NCBI GenBank assembly: GCA_965207445.1
Contig: CBDBLX010000001.1
Coordinates: forward strand, 57,041-121,040
Reading direction: 5' to 3'
Length of the DNA stretch: 64,000 bases
Source of the DNA: Nitrosopumilus sp.
GTDB taxonomy: Archaea > Thermoproteota > Nitrososphaeria > Nitrososphaerales > Nitrosopumilaceae
Shown here: one piece after another, positions 53,894 through 64,000 of the stretch
Numbering within the stretch: position 1 is the stretch's first letter
Layout of the letters: every line of letters starts with the position of its first letter
Notes under the pieces: generated by a model
What the model saw: only the letters and a program-made list of their open reading frames with translations
Databases searched by the model: none
What the model was told of the DNA's origin: nothing
Position numbers and translations under genes: made by a program

Positions 53894-54078
53894 CAGTAGT
53901 TCGCAATGTGTTTTATATGATTTTATTTAAATAATCTACAATGTCGTTAAATGGTGATGATCATACTTGATCAGATCAAGTGGGAATTGGAGCACGGTAG
54001 TTACTTGACATAGTAAATCTGTCGCACTGTATAATTAGAAATAAGATTATTAAAAATTGAGCACATTGCGAACTACTG
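53894..54078. mobile_element. 185-bp MITE derived from the ISH3-like element
   Basis: Both ends of 44635-46025 joined, with TIR CAGTAGTTCGCAATGTG. Confidence 0.88.
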
Positions 54079-54373
54079 GTCACCGGTATGAGTATAAGAT
54101 TGGCCGGGACGATACTGATGTCATCGTTATGAGTCAGAGGCTTTGAATACTTCAACAATGGCAAAAAGCGAACGGGACGCTTACAATCCTGTCACTCATT
54201 TTTTACATTAATTCATCGGTTCTGTTACAATTCATGATCTAGTCTAAAACTACAGATAGGTCACAAATTGGAAGCAGTTCTAATTTGCTTCACTACGTAT
54301 AATGTCTTTGTAAATCTACAGGAGACATTTTCTACTGTCGATATCCTACTGTCTTGCCAATGGTCCGTTAAAA

Positions 54374-55876
54374 TTAGGCCAAAAGCAGAAAGAGTGACGC
54401 CGGAACCATCACATATTCTGAAGAAACGTCGAGTCGATCTTTGGATATTACTAGACCCTTGCCACGCGTCTTGTTCAGAACTCTATACATGCCGGCTAGG
54501 TCACGTCCCGGCCTGTTTCGATATTTTACTTCTATCGGCACCACCATCTTGCCACCGTCGTCATATACAAAGTCAACCTCATGACCATTCTCCATGTGGT
54601 AAAAGATTCTATAGTGGTGGTCAAAATTTTGTTTGTTGGGGCTGGCATTAAAGGCCAATCTTGTCAGATGGTTGGCGACAATACCCTCTATCAACACACT
54701 TTTGTTTTCGCTTGCATCAAGGTATTCTGATGATGCGTCAAAGTAGCCCCTAGATGCAGTCCATCCATTGAACATGTGAAAGAAAAACGGATCGACAAAG
54801 TAGATTTTTTTATTACGGTGAAACATAGGGCTCCTGCTGTCCATATTGTATCCATATATTGTAAGCAAAACGAAGAGGTTTGAGAGTGTCTGCACAGAGT
54901 CCTGTACCGTCTTGGGGGATCCGACATCTGCATTCTTGGCCATGTTGTTCCATGATGCATGGCTTCCTTGTGACTTTACAACCTCCTTACCAATGCGTTT
55001 TAACAGATTATTGTCCCTGCCAAGCCTTGACCACTCCCCCATGATGCTATCCATGTATGTACTGTACACGTTTTCGCGAATAGGCAAAGACGATGCTTGG
55101 GCATTTACGACAAAAGGAATTCCTCCACTGTACATGTATTTGGACAAAAGATCGTCTAACAAGTGTTGATGCATGTGAGTGAGATCCATTGCACGATCTA
55201 CTTCACCATTTGCCAGTTTGCCAAATGTTGTAAACCGATCCTTGGATCTGAGAAAATACGAATCCACAATCGTTCTTATCTCCGAATCCATCGCACTGGC
55301 ATACTCTGCAAACTTTAACGGAAGAAGAACTTTGTCGTGAGGTTCTGTTGTGCTTCCCCTTCGCCCGGGCAGCCGTTCAATTGATCTCTGCAGGTCTATT
55401 GCATCAGAACCCGTCGCCATGATGGTACTGTTTGCAATACTGTTTCTATCCTTCAATCGTTTTATACCCTTTTGCCAGTTTGGGATGGTCGATACCTCAT
55501 CTAGAAAGATGTAACGCCTCCCTTTATCCCACATACGACGTGTTAGTCTATTGTAAGACTCTACTACGTCGACCAGCTCACTCGGAGTCTTGCACAGATC
55601 AAATGAATAGTAGAGTATGTTCCAAGGAGATGTTCCTTTCTTCAAGAATTCGCGTATCTGTAGTTTTATCAGGGTGGTCTTTCCAATCTGGCGTGTTCCC
55701 CTTAATGTATACACTACAGGATTGTCGGGCTCAAAATCATAGGTTATCTTATGCATTATTCTCGGTACAATTTGCAACTTTGATCTCATCCACATTGTTA
55801 TCTCCGGATCATCGTCAACCCAGTCAGAACCTCTCCACCATGGATTGTCCCTTATGATGTCGCCATCTGCAACCAT
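54374..55876 (-). CDS. AAA_14 ATPase with DUF4143 and C-terminal PD-(D/E)xK-like domain
   Basis: NPWW, GTRQIGKTT, FLDEV, TGS, KKIYFVDP, EVDFV..PIEVKY. Confidence 0.88.
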   Translation of the reverse strand: MVADGDIIRDNPWWRGSDWVDDDPEITMWMRSKLQIVPRIMHKITYDFEPDNPVVYTLRGTRQIGKTTLIKLQIREFLKKGTSPWNILYYSFDLCKTPSELVDVVESYNRLTRRMWDKGRRYIFLDEVSTIPNWQKGIKRLKDRNSIANSTIMATGSDAIDLQRSIERLPGRRGSTTEPHDKVLLPLKFAEYASAMDSEIRTIVDSYFLRSKDRFTTFGKLANGEVDRAMDLTHMHQHLLDDLLSKYMYSGGIPFVVNAQASSLPIRENVYSTYMDSIMGEWSRLGRDNNLLKRIGKEVVKSQGSHASWNNMAKNADVGSPKTVQDSVQTLSNLFVLLTIYGYNMDSRSPMFHRNKKIYFVDPFFFHMFNGWTASRGYFDASSEYLDASENKSVLIEGIVANHLTRLAFNASPNKQNFDHHYRIFYHMENGHEVDFVYDDGGKMVVPIEVKYRNRPGRDLAGMYRVLNKTRGKGLVISKDRLDVSSEYVMVPASLFLLLA

Positions 55877-55913
55877 GCACTGTACTACTAAGTAATTTAT
55901 ATAAGAATTGTCA

Positions 55914-56087
55914 TCACACTACTAACTTAGTTATATACTAACTATCCTCACACTACTAACTTAGTTATATACTAACTATCCTCACACTACTAACTTAGTT
56001 ATATACTAACTATCCTCACACTACTAACTTAGTTATATACTAACTATCCTCACACTACTAACTTAGTTATATACTAACTATTCTCAC
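55914..56087. repeat. 5 x 34-bp tandem repeat
   Basis: Unit TCACACTACTAACTTAGTTATATACTAACTATCC; four exact copies plus one with a single change; no spacers. Confidence 0.95.
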
Positions 56088-56473
56088 GAGGCTGTCAAGT
56101 TACAGGAACAAGAATCCGCCGGTTAAACGCGTGACATGGAACAAGATCAGACTGCTTTCAGCGGTAAGATCGCTTGAGTCCATTTCCAATCGTCAGTCTT
56201 ACAGTAGGATCTAGGTTGTCAAGACTCAGTAGCGCCGCATCCGCATAAATTGATTTTCATATGGTATGTGGGTGTAGAGCAGTCATGCCCAGCCACGCAA
56301 ACCCCTTCAGACTGTAACTATTTTGCTTTTTGAAGCGCACACATAAAGTAAAAGATCATGCGTATTTTTCTGATTATAATGATCTCAGCATTATATATTC
56401 ACATATAATCAATTGACAATGATAACGCATAGTTGATTATAATATGCAGATGGGCACAAATGATTCTATAGTT

Positions 56474-57393
56474 TTAGCCGAGTTTGCATGCCTTGCACAG
56501 TATATCAAAAAAGATCTCACCTCTGATCTTACCTGTTGCAAGCAGTGTGAACAATATTGAGTTGGCCTCCATACCACGAGACGTTCTGTTTCCATCATCA
56601 CCACCATCATTTTTTATGGATACAAATACGCGATTAGTTCGTTCAACATCATTGTTGTCTGGCGGCACACCCTTTATGTGTAAAAAGGTGCTCATGTTGT
56701 ATCCTTTGCATCTCAATCTCTTTTTTTTGAATCGGTTTATTATGCCCTCTTTGTCACCGTCCCAATCTTTTTCCTTTGTCCAATCATTGTTCATTAGTTG
56801 GCGCAGTTGGCTGTCCAAACAATGAGGCCACTTGTCGTATGTGAGGATCGTCTATTTCATCTGCGTCATAGAATCGTTTGAATATTTGAACTAACGTGGT
56901 GAGAAATCAGTGCTGCACCTTTTGGATTCACATATTTGATGTCTTTTTTTGGCAGTCGAGTCTGATGTGCCAAACACATCTGATGTATTATTCCAATGTG
57001 ACTCTATGATGGATTAGAGTCGTGTCGTACTAGTCCCTTGTATTTTGGCAGGAATTTTTTGAGGGTGGATATTGTTTTGTCATCAGTTACCTCTATTAGA
57101 CAGCAGTCGTCTCCGAGCGCAATCAAACCGCACGCACGTTTTTTGTTTGCTCCAGGCCAGTCAAATTCATCACAGCCTAACTCGTTTTTACTCAAAATTT
57201 TTTAAACCAAAATTATCATAGTATATAATCATAAGAATTTAAGTGTCCACTTCAAAAAGCAAAATAGGTACACATTTTGGGCATTTTCTTTCATATTGGG
57301 TTTATCATTCAGATTTACATAAATTCGATCACAATAACGATAGATATTGCTGTATATGTATGCATACTTACAGAATAGGGGTTTAACTGTTAC
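56474..57393 (-). pseudogene. degraded IS66-family element
   Basis: GVPPDNNDVERTNR motif; end GGGGTTTAACTGTTAC at 57378-57393 matches the GTAACCGTTCAACCCC end at 14/16. Confidence 0.8.
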
Positions 57394-57401
57394 GTGTCCC
57401 T

Positions 57402-57680
57402 TTACCCGCGTTTCGGGTACTTTGGGCGTCCGGCCCTCAAGCTTGCGTTCTGGTCGGAAAGGTCCCTCAACCTTGCAATCAGGTGAACCACATAGTCCGC
57501 CATTCTTTCGACGCCCTCCCGGTCCATGTCGGTCATCATACGGACGAGCTGCTCGCGTATTATCTCAGGCTGGACCACTGGCCCCTCGCCGGGCATGACC
57601 TCAGTCGCCTTGAAGTACTCGTACGGAACCGGCGTCTTTGACGTTTTTTTCGTCGATTTCGCGGTTTTTTTCTTGTTCAT
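57402..57680 (-). CDS. hypothetical protein (GC-rich; possibly a mobile-element fragment)
   Basis: 92-aa ORF 24 bp downstream of the secreted-protein gene. Confidence 0.4.
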   Translation of the reverse strand: MNKKKTAKSTKKTSKTPVPYEYFKATEVMPGEGPVVQPEIIREQLVRMMTDMDREGVERMADYVVHLIARLRDLSDQNASLRAGRPKYPKRG

Positions 57681-57704
57681 GGCAGTTCAAAAAAGTGAAA
57701 GGGG

Positions 57705-58361
57705 CTATGCCCAGAACCAGCTCCAACTGCCTGTCTGCCTGCCGTCATAGTCCGCCGTGACGTGGACTATGTAAAGGCCACCAAACGTGACGCATTCCAG
57801 CGGGTACTTGTCTACTGGGGGCACCTCCAAGTTGGCGTGGCACCCGGATCCGTCCCAGACGTTCCTGATGTCAAGGTACACATTGGTTTCCCAGCCGTGC
57901 TCCTCGCAGTTCGGGGAATCTCCGGACGTCAGTATGCTCGGGAACCACTGGTCGACACGGAGGTTGATGTTGCCGTCATAGTCAACCTTGTAGTGCCACG
58001 TCTCGTTGGCATCGTCACATCCCTTGTTGACCCCGTACATGTTGAACAGGTCCCTCCACTGGGTGCTCTGCTGCTGGGTGTCGCTTCTCGTGGCCTGTGT
58101 CGTCTGGACGTCGGAGACGTCATCGTGCAGCCTCTGGAGCACGTCCTGCTGCTCGGACTTTAGGCTCTCCCTAATCTGCTCGTCTTCGGTCTGCTGTATC
58201 TGCGCTTCCAGGGACTGCACTTGCCGTATCAGTTCCTTTTTTTCACTGTCTGACAAGCCTGTCGCTTCCTCGGCCACGGCACGATCCATTGCGCCAAGCG
58301 GCAGGATCATTGTGGTGATTATGGACGCGAACAATGCAGTCTTTACGTTTCGCAAAGTCAT
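57705..58361 (-). CDS. secreted protein of unknown function
   Basis: Signal-like MTLRNVKTALFASIITTMILPLGA, coiled coil, domain with 4 Cys, Trp-rich end; visibly GC-richer than the backbone. Confidence 0.75.
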   Translation of the reverse strand: MTLRNVKTALFASIITTMILPLGAMDRAVAEEATGLSDSEKKELIRQVQSLEAQIQQTEDEQIRESLKSEQQDVLQRLHDDVSDVQTTQATRSDTQQQSTQWRDLFNMYGVNKGCDDANETWHYKVDYDGNINLRVDQWFPSILTSGDSPNCEEHGWETNVYLDIRNVWDGSGCHANLEVPPVDKYPLECVTFGGLYIVHVTADYDGRQTGSWSWFWA

Positions 58362-58459
58362 TGAACGGGTATGATGGTATCGTCTACTTAAGGCTTCATG
58401 CAAATCTGAATATTCATACCTGTATTTTCGTGTGAGCCAACTTATTGTGGCATAATTAT

Positions 58460-58820
58460 AAGATCATATATTTTTAAGATTTATCATCAGGCGATGGGCC
58501 AATAATTTTACACAATTCATCCCAGACATTGTACACGCAGCTTCCACGTCTCAACACAACTAAATATTACACAGAGATTTTCTGCCCCCTTGTCACTCTT
58601 CAACTGCAGACGACTGTTCCTCTGACTTGTTACAGGTTTCATTGACTGTTCTCCAAGATTTGTGGTAGAGTAGACAAATGGATACAAAACAAATGTAAAA
58701 AGTTCGGGCGCTGCGTTTTCTAGTGTGGCGCCAAACTTTTTCATTATCTCGTATCTGTTTTTTTTGTATCTAGATATTATACCACACAACCATTTTTGAA
58801 GTTTTGTAACATATGAACTC
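58460..58820 (-). pseudogene. IS66 transposase C-terminal remnant
   Basis: Reverse complement matches 4872-5010 joined to 6696-6900. Confidence 0.85.
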
Positions 58821-59393
58821 CTCTTTGGGTTTGACCCAAACTCTTTGGATGCAATAACGAAATCACATATTTGTATTTGGTCACATTTCTATCTGTATAT
58901 TGAGTATAGTGCATGCGATGTATTTGAGTAGGCGTTATTTTTGAATGGTCATATTAGTCATGGAGTTTGGTTCACACATAAAATTTATAGACATTGCCCG
59001 TATCAATACATACATGAGCAAAGGTGGAGAAGTGGCACGTCGTTTAAAAGACAAACTACCACAACATGCAGATGATCTGGAATACATTGCGCTCAATTTT
59101 GATCGCACAGAACAGCTTTTGAAGGAAGCCGATGAACGATGGGACAGTCTAAATGCAGGTACAGCATAGTTTAATCGGGAGGTTTTTTAAAAGAATTTTA
59201 AAAAGCAAATCACATTTGTTTCACAAGTGTGCAAGACCCAATACAGAGCTAAATTACGATTTTTTGAAGAAAAACGTCGCAAAACTAAAGGTAAACGTTG
59301 GATTTTATTAGAAAAAGTGATTATATTTCAAGGGTGAATATTGCCATGATTATCCAGATTAAAAAAAGTATTAAAATGATCTAATATTGAGAT

Positions 59394-60059
59394 TTACTGA
59401 TTAGAATTTTTGTCACCATTTTCTCGGTAAAATTTACAATCATCACATATCTGGCATACCCCACACATAGGTGAGACGGGCTTGCAAATATTCTGCCCAT
59501 ACATTACAAACGTGTCGTTTATACGCAACCAATATCGTTTGGGTATCAAATCCATTAGCGCTTGTTCGGTATCTTCGGGTGTCTTTGTATTTACAAGTCC
59601 TAACCTATTTGATATTCGATGTACATGTATGTCAACTGGTATGGCAGGCCGCTCAAATGCATACACTAAAACACAGTTGGCAGTCTTGCGCCCTACACCG
59701 GGTAATGATACAAGTTTGTCAATATCATCTGGTACCACACCACCATATTGTTTCTCTATAATCTTGGCAACATCGATAATTCTACGCGCCTTTACATGAT
59801 AAAACCCAATAGGCATTACAATACGCTCAACGTCTTTTATTCGAGCAGTTGCAAGTTCTTTGGAATTTGTATATCTGGCAAAGAGTTTCTTGACTACCTT
59901 TGTAGTGTTCTCATCTTTTGTACGCGCAGATAAAATTGTCCCAATCAGGATACTAAATGGGCCTCCGGTCTCTGCATCATGTAGCTCTCTGAGCGCAGTC
60001 ATTCTAGGAGGTTTGACGGCGTTCATAGTCTTTGTCATGCCATCAAGTATCTTTTTCAT
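59394..60059 (-). CDS. nth: endonuclease III
   Basis: HhH LPGVGRKTAN, VDIHVHR, C-x6-C-x2-C-x5-C. Confidence 0.95.
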   Translation of the reverse strand: MKKILDGMTKTMNAVKPPRMTALRELHDAETGGPFSILIGTILSARTKDENTTKVVKKLFARYTNSKELATARIKDVERIVMPIGFYHVKARRIIDVAKIIEKQYGGVVPDDIDKLVSLPGVGRKTANCVLVYAFERPAIPVDIHVHRISNRLGLVNTKTPEDTEQALMDLIPKRYWLRINDTFVMYGQNICKPVSPMCGVCQICDDCKFYRENGDKNSNQ

Positions 60060-60109
60060 GCATATAGTATTCATGCAAGTGTTATATCTGTAACATTTAG
60101 AGTACACGT

Positions 60110-61282
60110 ATGGAGTTAACAGAATCAGAAGAAAGGACACTTGCAGGTGAGAGTGGTGAGATTATGCAGATGGCTTATCGCATACTAGTTGCAACTGGCA
60201 AGGCAACTGATGCAGACAGACTAGTACCCGTACAATGGGCACATCTATCAGGTGTCAACTATAATACCATAGGAGATGCAGGTGAGGAATTTCTAAAGAG
60301 TTTAAGCCACAAGGGTGCCAGGGTGCGTGTAAAGACAACATTAAATCCTATGGGATTTGATGCTGACAGTGTATCTAGGTATGGATTAGATGATGAGTTT
60401 ATTGCAAAACAAGAGTCAATAGCAAAATCATACACGATAATGGGCGTGACACCGTCATTCTCATGCATACCATATGAGATATTCAAGATGCCTATCAAAA
60501 ATTCACAAATAGCATTTGCAGAGAGTAATGCTGCAATATATGCAAATTCATTTGATCATTTAAAAACGAATAAAGAAAGTGCATTTAGCGCACTTGCAAG
60601 CGCCATAACTGGAAAGAGTCCATACTCTGATCTACGACGTGATGAAGAGTCAGATGAAATACCAGTTGTGCGTATGAGGATAAAAGAACCAGATGAGCTA
60701 GCATATGGGATGCTCGGATACTTTGCAGGCAAAGCCACTGATACGTCAGTAGTTGATATATCAGGCGTCTCGTCATCTGCAATGGATAGACGGCAATGCA
60801 AAGCTATGTGCGGGGGCATGGGAACATCAGGTACCTGTGCAAAGTTTCGGTTTGTGAGTAATAATGATAAAAAAAATGTAGAAAAGATAGATTTTGATCA
60901 TGATGCAATGCAACAAGTCAAAGACGAGTTAAACACAGCAGAGAATGGAGATGCGGTCATACTTGGCAGCCCACAGCTTGGATTATGGGAGATAGCAGAT
61001 TTAATCAAACGACTGAAGGGCCGCTCATTTCAAAAGAGATGTATGATATTTTGTCCTAGAATAGTAAAAGAGCAAGCACAAGAACAGATTCAAGTGTTAG
61101 AAAAGGCAGGATGTGAGGTCATGGCAGATTGTTGCGCGTGTCTCTCGCCACTAGTTGAGACAGATGATATAGATACCGTGACTACAAATAGTATCAAGGG
61201 TGCGTTTTATCTTAACAATGCAAGTGGTGTTGGAGTAGAGTTGAAATCATTATCTGAAATCCTAGAGGACGAGACTGCATAA
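60110..61282 (+). CDS. aconitase X large subunit (phosphomevalonate dehydratase large subunit)
   Basis: AHLSGVNY, TTLNP, SCIPY, AESNA, CCACLSP, TNSIKGA. Confidence 0.88.
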   Translation: MELTESEERTLAGESGEIMQMAYRILVATGKATDADRLVPVQWAHLSGVNYNTIGDAGEEFLKSLSHKGARVRVKTTLNPMGFDADSVSRYGLDDEFIAKQESIAKSYTIMGVTPSFSCIPYEIFKMPIKNSQIAFAESNAAIYANSFDHLKTNKESAFSALASAITGKSPYSDLRRDEESDEIPVVRMRIKEPDELAYGMLGYFAGKATDTSVVDISGVSSSAMDRRQCKAMCGGMGTSGTCAKFRFVSNNDKKNVEKIDFDHDAMQQVKDELNTAENGDAVILGSPQLGLWEIADLIKRLKGRSFQKRCMIFCPRIVKEQAQEQIQVLEKAGCEVMADCCACLSPLVETDDIDTVTTNSIKGAFYLNNASGVGVELKSLSEILEDETA

Positions 61283-61713
61283 TGAATCATACAATTATTC
61301 AAAAACCCCAAAAATGCAAAATTCTAGTAAGTGGTAAGACTGATGGCATCATACTACAATCACACACGCCAATAAACTTTCTAGGCGCAGTGAATAAAAA
61401 GACTGGTTTGATCACTGATAAAAAACACGAATTATATAAAAAAAGCATTAAAAATGTCATACTAGTATTTCCGTCGGGGGCAGGGAGTAGTGTTGGAGCA
61501 TATACCATATACTCTATCAAAGCAAACAAAGTAGCCCCACATGCTATGATATGCCAAAGAGCTGACTTGACAATTGCAACAGGGTGCGCCGTTGCAGATA
61601 TTCCACTTTTAGTCATTGATGATGATAATATATTGAATATGCTCAATACAGGATCACACGTCACACTAGATACAGAGTCAGATGATTTTATTACATTAAC
61701 AAATGATGATTAA
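61282..61713 (+). CDS. aconitase X swivel subunit (DUF126)
   Basis: INFLG, LVFPSGAGSSVGAY. Confidence 0.88.
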   Translation: MNHTIIQKPQKCKILVSGKTDGIILQSHTPINFLGAVNKKTGLITDKKHELYKKSIKNVILVFPSGAGSSVGAYTIYSIKANKVAPHAMICQRADLTIATGCAVADIPLLVIDDDNILNMLNTGSHVTLDTESDDFITLTNDD

Positions 61714-61870
61714 ATGTTATAATGATGATCATTAAAATAATCAGTATTAGGGTAATATGTAGTATCAATCAAGACAGATGCAGTCTTTGTTAAAGTCCAT
61801 TTACAAAACAGTCAATCTCAATAAAATGATCAAAAATTACTATACAAAGTAAAAAAAAGACGTCACAAGA

Positions 61871-62593
61871 TTATCTCTTTTTTGTCAAGTATAGCGCACC
61901 CACAATAATTCCTATCCCTGCTGCCACATAAAATGGAAATAATGCAAATACATTTTGAGAAGGATCACCTGATAGAAATTCGACTAGAACAGTACCAGAT
62001 GCCACGGCAGGCGGGTCAGTTGATCCCTCCATTCCATGTGTAGAAAAAGATACAGGTGCAAACAACCCAATATCCAAATTAGATACTACAATTCTTGCGC
62101 CATTGTTTACAGTCATACCAGCACGCTCCGTATATGACACGATGACTTTAGCCTGCGGATACCACCCACGCTCTAAATCTTTGTGAATTATTATATATCC
62201 TTCATCAGGCGTCTGTACTGCTACCCAAAACCTATAATCTGGATTTGCACCCATTCCAATTTCTACAAACTCGTCTTGTGTCTCTTTGTCATATAATCTA
62301 ATTACGGCGTTTCCATTAGGATGCGCATATATCAAATCATTATCTATTGTAGCTTGCCAGCTTATGATATGGGATTTTTCCAGATCTTGAATCGGGGCAA
62401 CGCGCAACACACGGTTGAACTCGGATGCATCAATAGTAATCTCCTCTATGGTAAGAGACGGATTCTTGATATCTGTGTCAGTGTCTAGTTGTGTGTTATG
62501 CTCAGTAGCAACAGAATCAGGTATGGCAGATAAAGCTACAAGTGTGAGGGCGATAGCACTAGTAGTAATGTAAGATGATACCAAACGTGACAA
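61871..62593 (-). CDS. hypothetical exported, membrane-anchored protein
   Basis: N-terminal signal, C-terminal TM helix plus KKR. Confidence 0.7.
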   Translation of the reverse strand: MSRLVSSYITTSAIALTLVALSAIPDSVATEHNTQLDTDTDIKNPSLTIEEITIDASEFNRVLRVAPIQDLEKSHIISWQATIDNDLIYAHPNGNAVIRLYDKETQDEFVEIGMGANPDYRFWVAVQTPDEGYIIIHKDLERGWYPQAKVIVSYTERAGMTVNNGARIVVSNLDIGLFAPVSFSTHGMEGSTDPPAVASGTVLVEFLSGDPSQNVFALFPFYVAAGIGIIVGALYLTKKR

Positions 62594-62685
62594 TTATCTC
62601 ACATGAAGTTTCTTTCTCAATTAATTAAATTGTACTTTGCGTTGTTCTTGACAAAAATTAAATAATCAAATCCAAGAGAAAGATC

Positions 62686-62940
62686 ATGGGATTACCGCCA
62701 TATACGCATGTTCCAAAAGAGGCTTGGCCTAGCTGGACATGGTATGCAATTGAATTTGGAATTGTACTTGCAGCATCCATGCTAGTATCACGCGAGATTA
62801 CAGACTCTTTTGAGGAACTAGCACCTGATGTGCAAAACTATGTATTCATGGGAATCGTTGGATTGATATTTTTGGCATGGTATATTGGTCTGCGACACTT
62901 GCTGTTTAGAAAAAAAATCTTGAGAAACACATACGAATAA
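62686..62940 (+). CDS. small 2-TM membrane protein
   Basis: Two hydrophobic segments. Confidence 0.7.
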   Translation: MGLPPYTHVPKEAWPSWTWYAIEFGIVLAASMLVSREITDSFEELAPDVQNYVFMGIVGLIFLAWYIGLRHLLFRKKILRNTYE

Positions 62941-62960
62941 TCGAATGAATGAATGAATAA

Positions 62961-63737
62961 TTAATTCATATATTTAGTCTTGTCAACAATACCCGCACCT
63001 ACAAATGAGCGCTTTCTATTCATACATGATTCACACACACCACATTGTAACTTTTGATTCTCGTAACAACTCCATGTTTCATATATGGTGTCACCCAACA
63101 CATCTAATCCATATTTGATTAAATCGTTTTTTGTGAGTCCAGCAATATACGGAGACCATATCTCTATTTTTTTGCGCAAGCCAGACTTTATGCCATCGGA
63201 CTCACCAGCATTCAGCGCAGATTCTAGTTTTCTGGTAAACGGTGGTCTACAATCTGGATAATGTGTATCACCTGTATGTGCACCATACGCTACACAAGAC
63301 GCATCGATTGAAAATGCCCATGCAGTAGCAATTGATAAGAATATTGCATTTCGAATAGGAACAACAATAGAGTACTCGAACTTGCCAGGCATCTTTTTGT
63401 GTGCAACGCCAGTCAAGACGTTTGAGTTGCCATACAACTGTTTCATAAAACTAATGTCTACAATTCGGTGTTGTTTTAAATTGAGTTTTTTTGCCAGTGT
63501 CTTGGCACAGCGTACCTCACGATTTGCTTTTTGACCATACACAAACGTAACACCATACACATCATCGTATCGTTGATTTAGCATAGACGCCACACAAACA
63601 GAGTCTATACCGCCACTAAACACAACCACTGCTGCGGTGGGGGTAGTTGTGGGGGTAGTTGTGGTGCCAACAGACGATCTCACATCATCATCATCATCAT
63701 CACTCTTTATACGAGCAGACAACTTGTCACCGCCCAT
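62961..63737 (-). CDS. queC: 7-cyano-7-deazaguanine synthase
   Basis: FSGGIDS, VPIRNAIFL, YPDCRP, TWSCY..CGVCESC. Confidence 0.95.
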   Translation of the reverse strand: MGGDKLSARIKSDDDDDDVRSSVGTTTTPTTTPTAAVVVFSGGIDSVCVASMLNQRYDDVYGVTFVYGQKANREVRCAKTLAKKLNLKQHRIVDISFMKQLYGNSNVLTGVAHKKMPGKFEYSIVVPIRNAIFLSIATAWAFSIDASCVAYGAHTGDTHYPDCRPPFTRKLESALNAGESDGIKSGLRKKIEIWSPYIAGLTKNDLIKYGLDVLGDTIYETWSCYENQKLQCGVCESCMNRKRSFVGAGIVDKTKYMN

Positions 63738-64000
63738 TTTTATTTGAAATTATCTTTGCATTTCTTGCTATCTTGCAAATTTTGGTCTGGGATTCCACAT
63801 TTGCAGACTTGAATCCTTTATACATCGCATCTGCTATCTTGCGCTTTGTCTTTGAATCTGCATCAACCATTATCGCAATAACAGATGGTCCAGCACCACT
63901 AATCATTACCTCTTTTGCGCCAGCATCAAGTGCATATTTTTTAACAGTATCAAAGCCAGGTATCATGTGCTTTCGTGCAGGCTCTGCGATTACATCAGTA
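63727..64000 (-). CDS. thrB: homoserine kinase, 3' part (runs off the window)
   Basis: DVIAEPARKHMIPGF..VK..AL..GA...ISGAGPS. Confidence 0.85.
   Translation of the reverse strand, partial: TDVIAEPARKHMIPGFDTVKKYALDAGAKEVMISGAGPSVIAIMVDADSKTKRKIADAMYKGFKSANVESQTKICKIARNAKIISNKNGR

Noticed and set aside
55914..56087. Possible CRISPR array
   Set aside because: Units are contiguous with no spacers, and no cas genes are present
58945..59169. 74-aa ORF
   Set aside because: No assignable motif and adjacent to IS debris, so it cannot be supported as a gene
62961..63737. queC as part of a Dpd or Qat defence system
   Set aside because: It is coupled to thrB in a housekeeping context and fits archaeosine synthesis; no dpdA or qat partners

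Overview
Chromosomal segment of a low-GC archaeon. Gene content and protein sequences fit an ammonia-oxidising Nitrosopumilaceae thaumarchaeon; IS debris and low-complexity insertions suggest a host-associated lineage (inference). The backbone carries RPA, Lhr, RadB-like ATPase, Lsm, MetK, anaerobic cobalamin genes (cbiDGXC, cbiA, cobO, cbiTLF), aIF2 alpha/gamma, Nop10, S6e, tRNA-Gly(CCC), primase, Nfo, GlyRS, NFACT/RqcH, an ESCRT-III/CdvB paralog, Nth, AcnX, QueC and ThrB. Three accessory regions interrupt it. (1) 4197-9306 is a 5.1-kb IS66-ended cargo element with a perfect 9-bp target duplication, a nested IS and a secreted-protein/membrane-protein pair. (2) 33.9-35.7 kb is a relic cassette: hsdM tail, HEPN, MNT, hsdS start. 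(3) 43.9-59.2 kb is a defence/IS island. Its type I R-M locus has an MNT antitoxin domain fused in frame to HsdS, preceded by a HEPN RNase gene and followed, before an IS insertion, by a small SAM methyltransferase. Three different HsdM C-terminal tails occur in the window, all starting at or diverging after the GRYVG motif. This TA-coupled R-M module is the strongest candidate for an undescribed system. All calls rest on motif recognition; no searches were run.
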